Source: Octopus bimaculoides
Taxonomy: Eukaryota
NCBI RefSeq assembly: GCF_001194135.2
Contig: NC_068988.1
Coordinates: 3,681,245-3,745,244, forward strand
Reading direction: 5' to 3'
DNA: 64,000 bases
Below are positions 62,403-64,000 of this stretch, one piece after another (the first letter of the stretch is position 1; every line of letters begins with the position of its first letter). The notes beneath the pieces are model-generated. The model made no database searches. It saw only the letters and a list, made by a program, of their open reading frames with translations, and was not told the origin of the DNA. The translations under genes and the position numbers were made by a program.

Positions 62403-63589
62403 GCAGACTTTATTCAGCATCTTTCTCTTTCTATAGTTTTTATAGTGTTTTCCTCTCGAAGCAGACCAAGCTTAGGTAGTTTAGAATATTAGAAACACAT
62501 ATTTACAGGATATTTACTTTAGAATTTTTATATGAACAGAACAATGACAGGTATCCCACACATAAAACAATGATAAAATAACACTGTTGCCCGTCTAATG
62601 GTGCTTTCATTGCTACTAAACTCAACCCATGGAAACTTTAACCAGAGACAAAGATAGCTTCAATGGGGGAAAACCTTCATTTCAATATTTACTTTTCCAA
62701 AGAAATAACTTGGAAAAATAATGCCATCGTTAGTTTTTGTTTGTTTGTTTATTTCCTTAATAGAAGGTCAATATTTATTCAGGATGTAGAGATAATTGAA
62801 TCGATTCCCAGTCTATTACTCCTACTTAATTTAACAATCATCTACAGACGAAATTGTAGTCCATGTTGGGATTCCAAGAATGGTGTTTCATGCTGCTACC
62901 TTCTCAGAATTGGCTATGAAACAATAACTTTTTTTGTTTTTGTTTTTGTTTCTTTATAACTTGATTTCTTTCCTGCTGATGTTGGTTAGAATATAGAGTT
63001 CCATGAGATGGCAGAAAGCAACAACTGCAGGCTATGTGCGATTTCTTGGAAACTTTTTCTGCAAAAGTCATTGATCAGTCAATTTATTTAAGGCATTGTT
63101 TAATCTATCATAGCCATATCAGTGGTGGATGGTTAGTAAATAGGTTCAGTAGGCTTCTGAGAGAGGTATGTGTGTGTGTGTGTGCATTTCTATATGTCTG
63201 TTTGTGCATCTGTGTATGTGTTGTGTATTTTTGTATATACATGCACATACAAACACAGAAGGTGCTGCTCCAGCAAGGGCCCACTCCCAACTGTGAAAGT
63301 CAAAAGAAATCATAGAAAGAACTAAAGGATGTGTATATATTTGTACATGTACATACACATCACTAGATGGCAGGAGTTTGCTCCTCTGCTCTCAATGTAT
63401 CGGACACCAATTGTGTCATTAGGCAGTTGGTGGAGGTGTCCTCCTGGGGTTACAAAAGAGTAGTAATGTCATTCTATATTGAACAGCCATGTTGAAGAGG
63501 CAACAAATATTACTTTCCACTAGAATTACTACTTGCATCTCTAATAGAGATTTCAAATCTTGCTACTTTGCTTGTTGCAAGATCAGTGA

Positions 63590-64000
63590 CTGAATGTCAC
63601 TTATCTTTTTATAAATTGCGAGCTAGGGTGAATGACTGCCATCTCTAGCAGACAGGTAATCCACAAGGCAGGCAAAGCCAGCAGTGGGAATACCACCTCG
63701 ATACTCTTTAGCAGGCTGGTAGAATTCAAGAGAGATGATGTCCTAGGAGAAGCTCTGGGACTCAATGAGGAACAGTTAGCCAACCTGTTCCAAAGAACTT
63801 TCAAGCCTGGGTACCAGGATAAATAATAGAAATCTCTGGCCTGACAGTGCTATAGGAGTGCTTTACCTGTTCACAATAAACTGTCTAAGAATGGAATGTC
63901 TGTGCCATTAGCATGCCCAAGGCACAGGAAGGATGATGCAAGTGTTCTGCATGCCCTTGTTCAGTGTCCGGAGCTTTCGGGTTTGATAATTTACACAGAA
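63590..64000 (+). mobile_element. Tx1/L1-clade LINE 3' fragment (second copy, runs off the window)
   Basis: Paralogous to 60120-60450: FKPGYQD..SLA(W)QCYRSALPVHNKL..CPR..HALVQCP. Confidence 0.8.

Overview
AT-rich, microsatellite-dense, repeat-dominated animal DNA, either intronic or intergenic. The repeat repertoire (tRNA-headed SINEs, RTE, CR1/L2, R4/Dong, Tx1, Penelope, maT/mariner) looks like an octopus (coleoid cephalopod) genome; this is inferred from recalled repeat sequences, not from a database search. No intact protein-coding gene is recognisable. Every protein-like ORF I can assign is a decayed transposon fragment, plus one or two candidate minus-strand host exons. The most interesting signal is a set of minimal hammerhead-ribozyme (HHR) motifs, six clear and one weak, in five different repeat contexts. 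They share a Penelope-type design: a short palindromic stem III and an extra A after the CUGANGA box. One carrier is a tRNA-headed SINE-like element (three copies) with Penelope-like insertion hallmarks. Also notable are a pre-miRNA-like hairpin, (TAA)n-associated R4/Dong fragments and a PHD-like finger inside an RTE reverse transcriptase. SINE family letters (A-F, H, J) are my own labels. Most boundaries were read by eye (about +/-10-20 bp). Four N-gaps are present.
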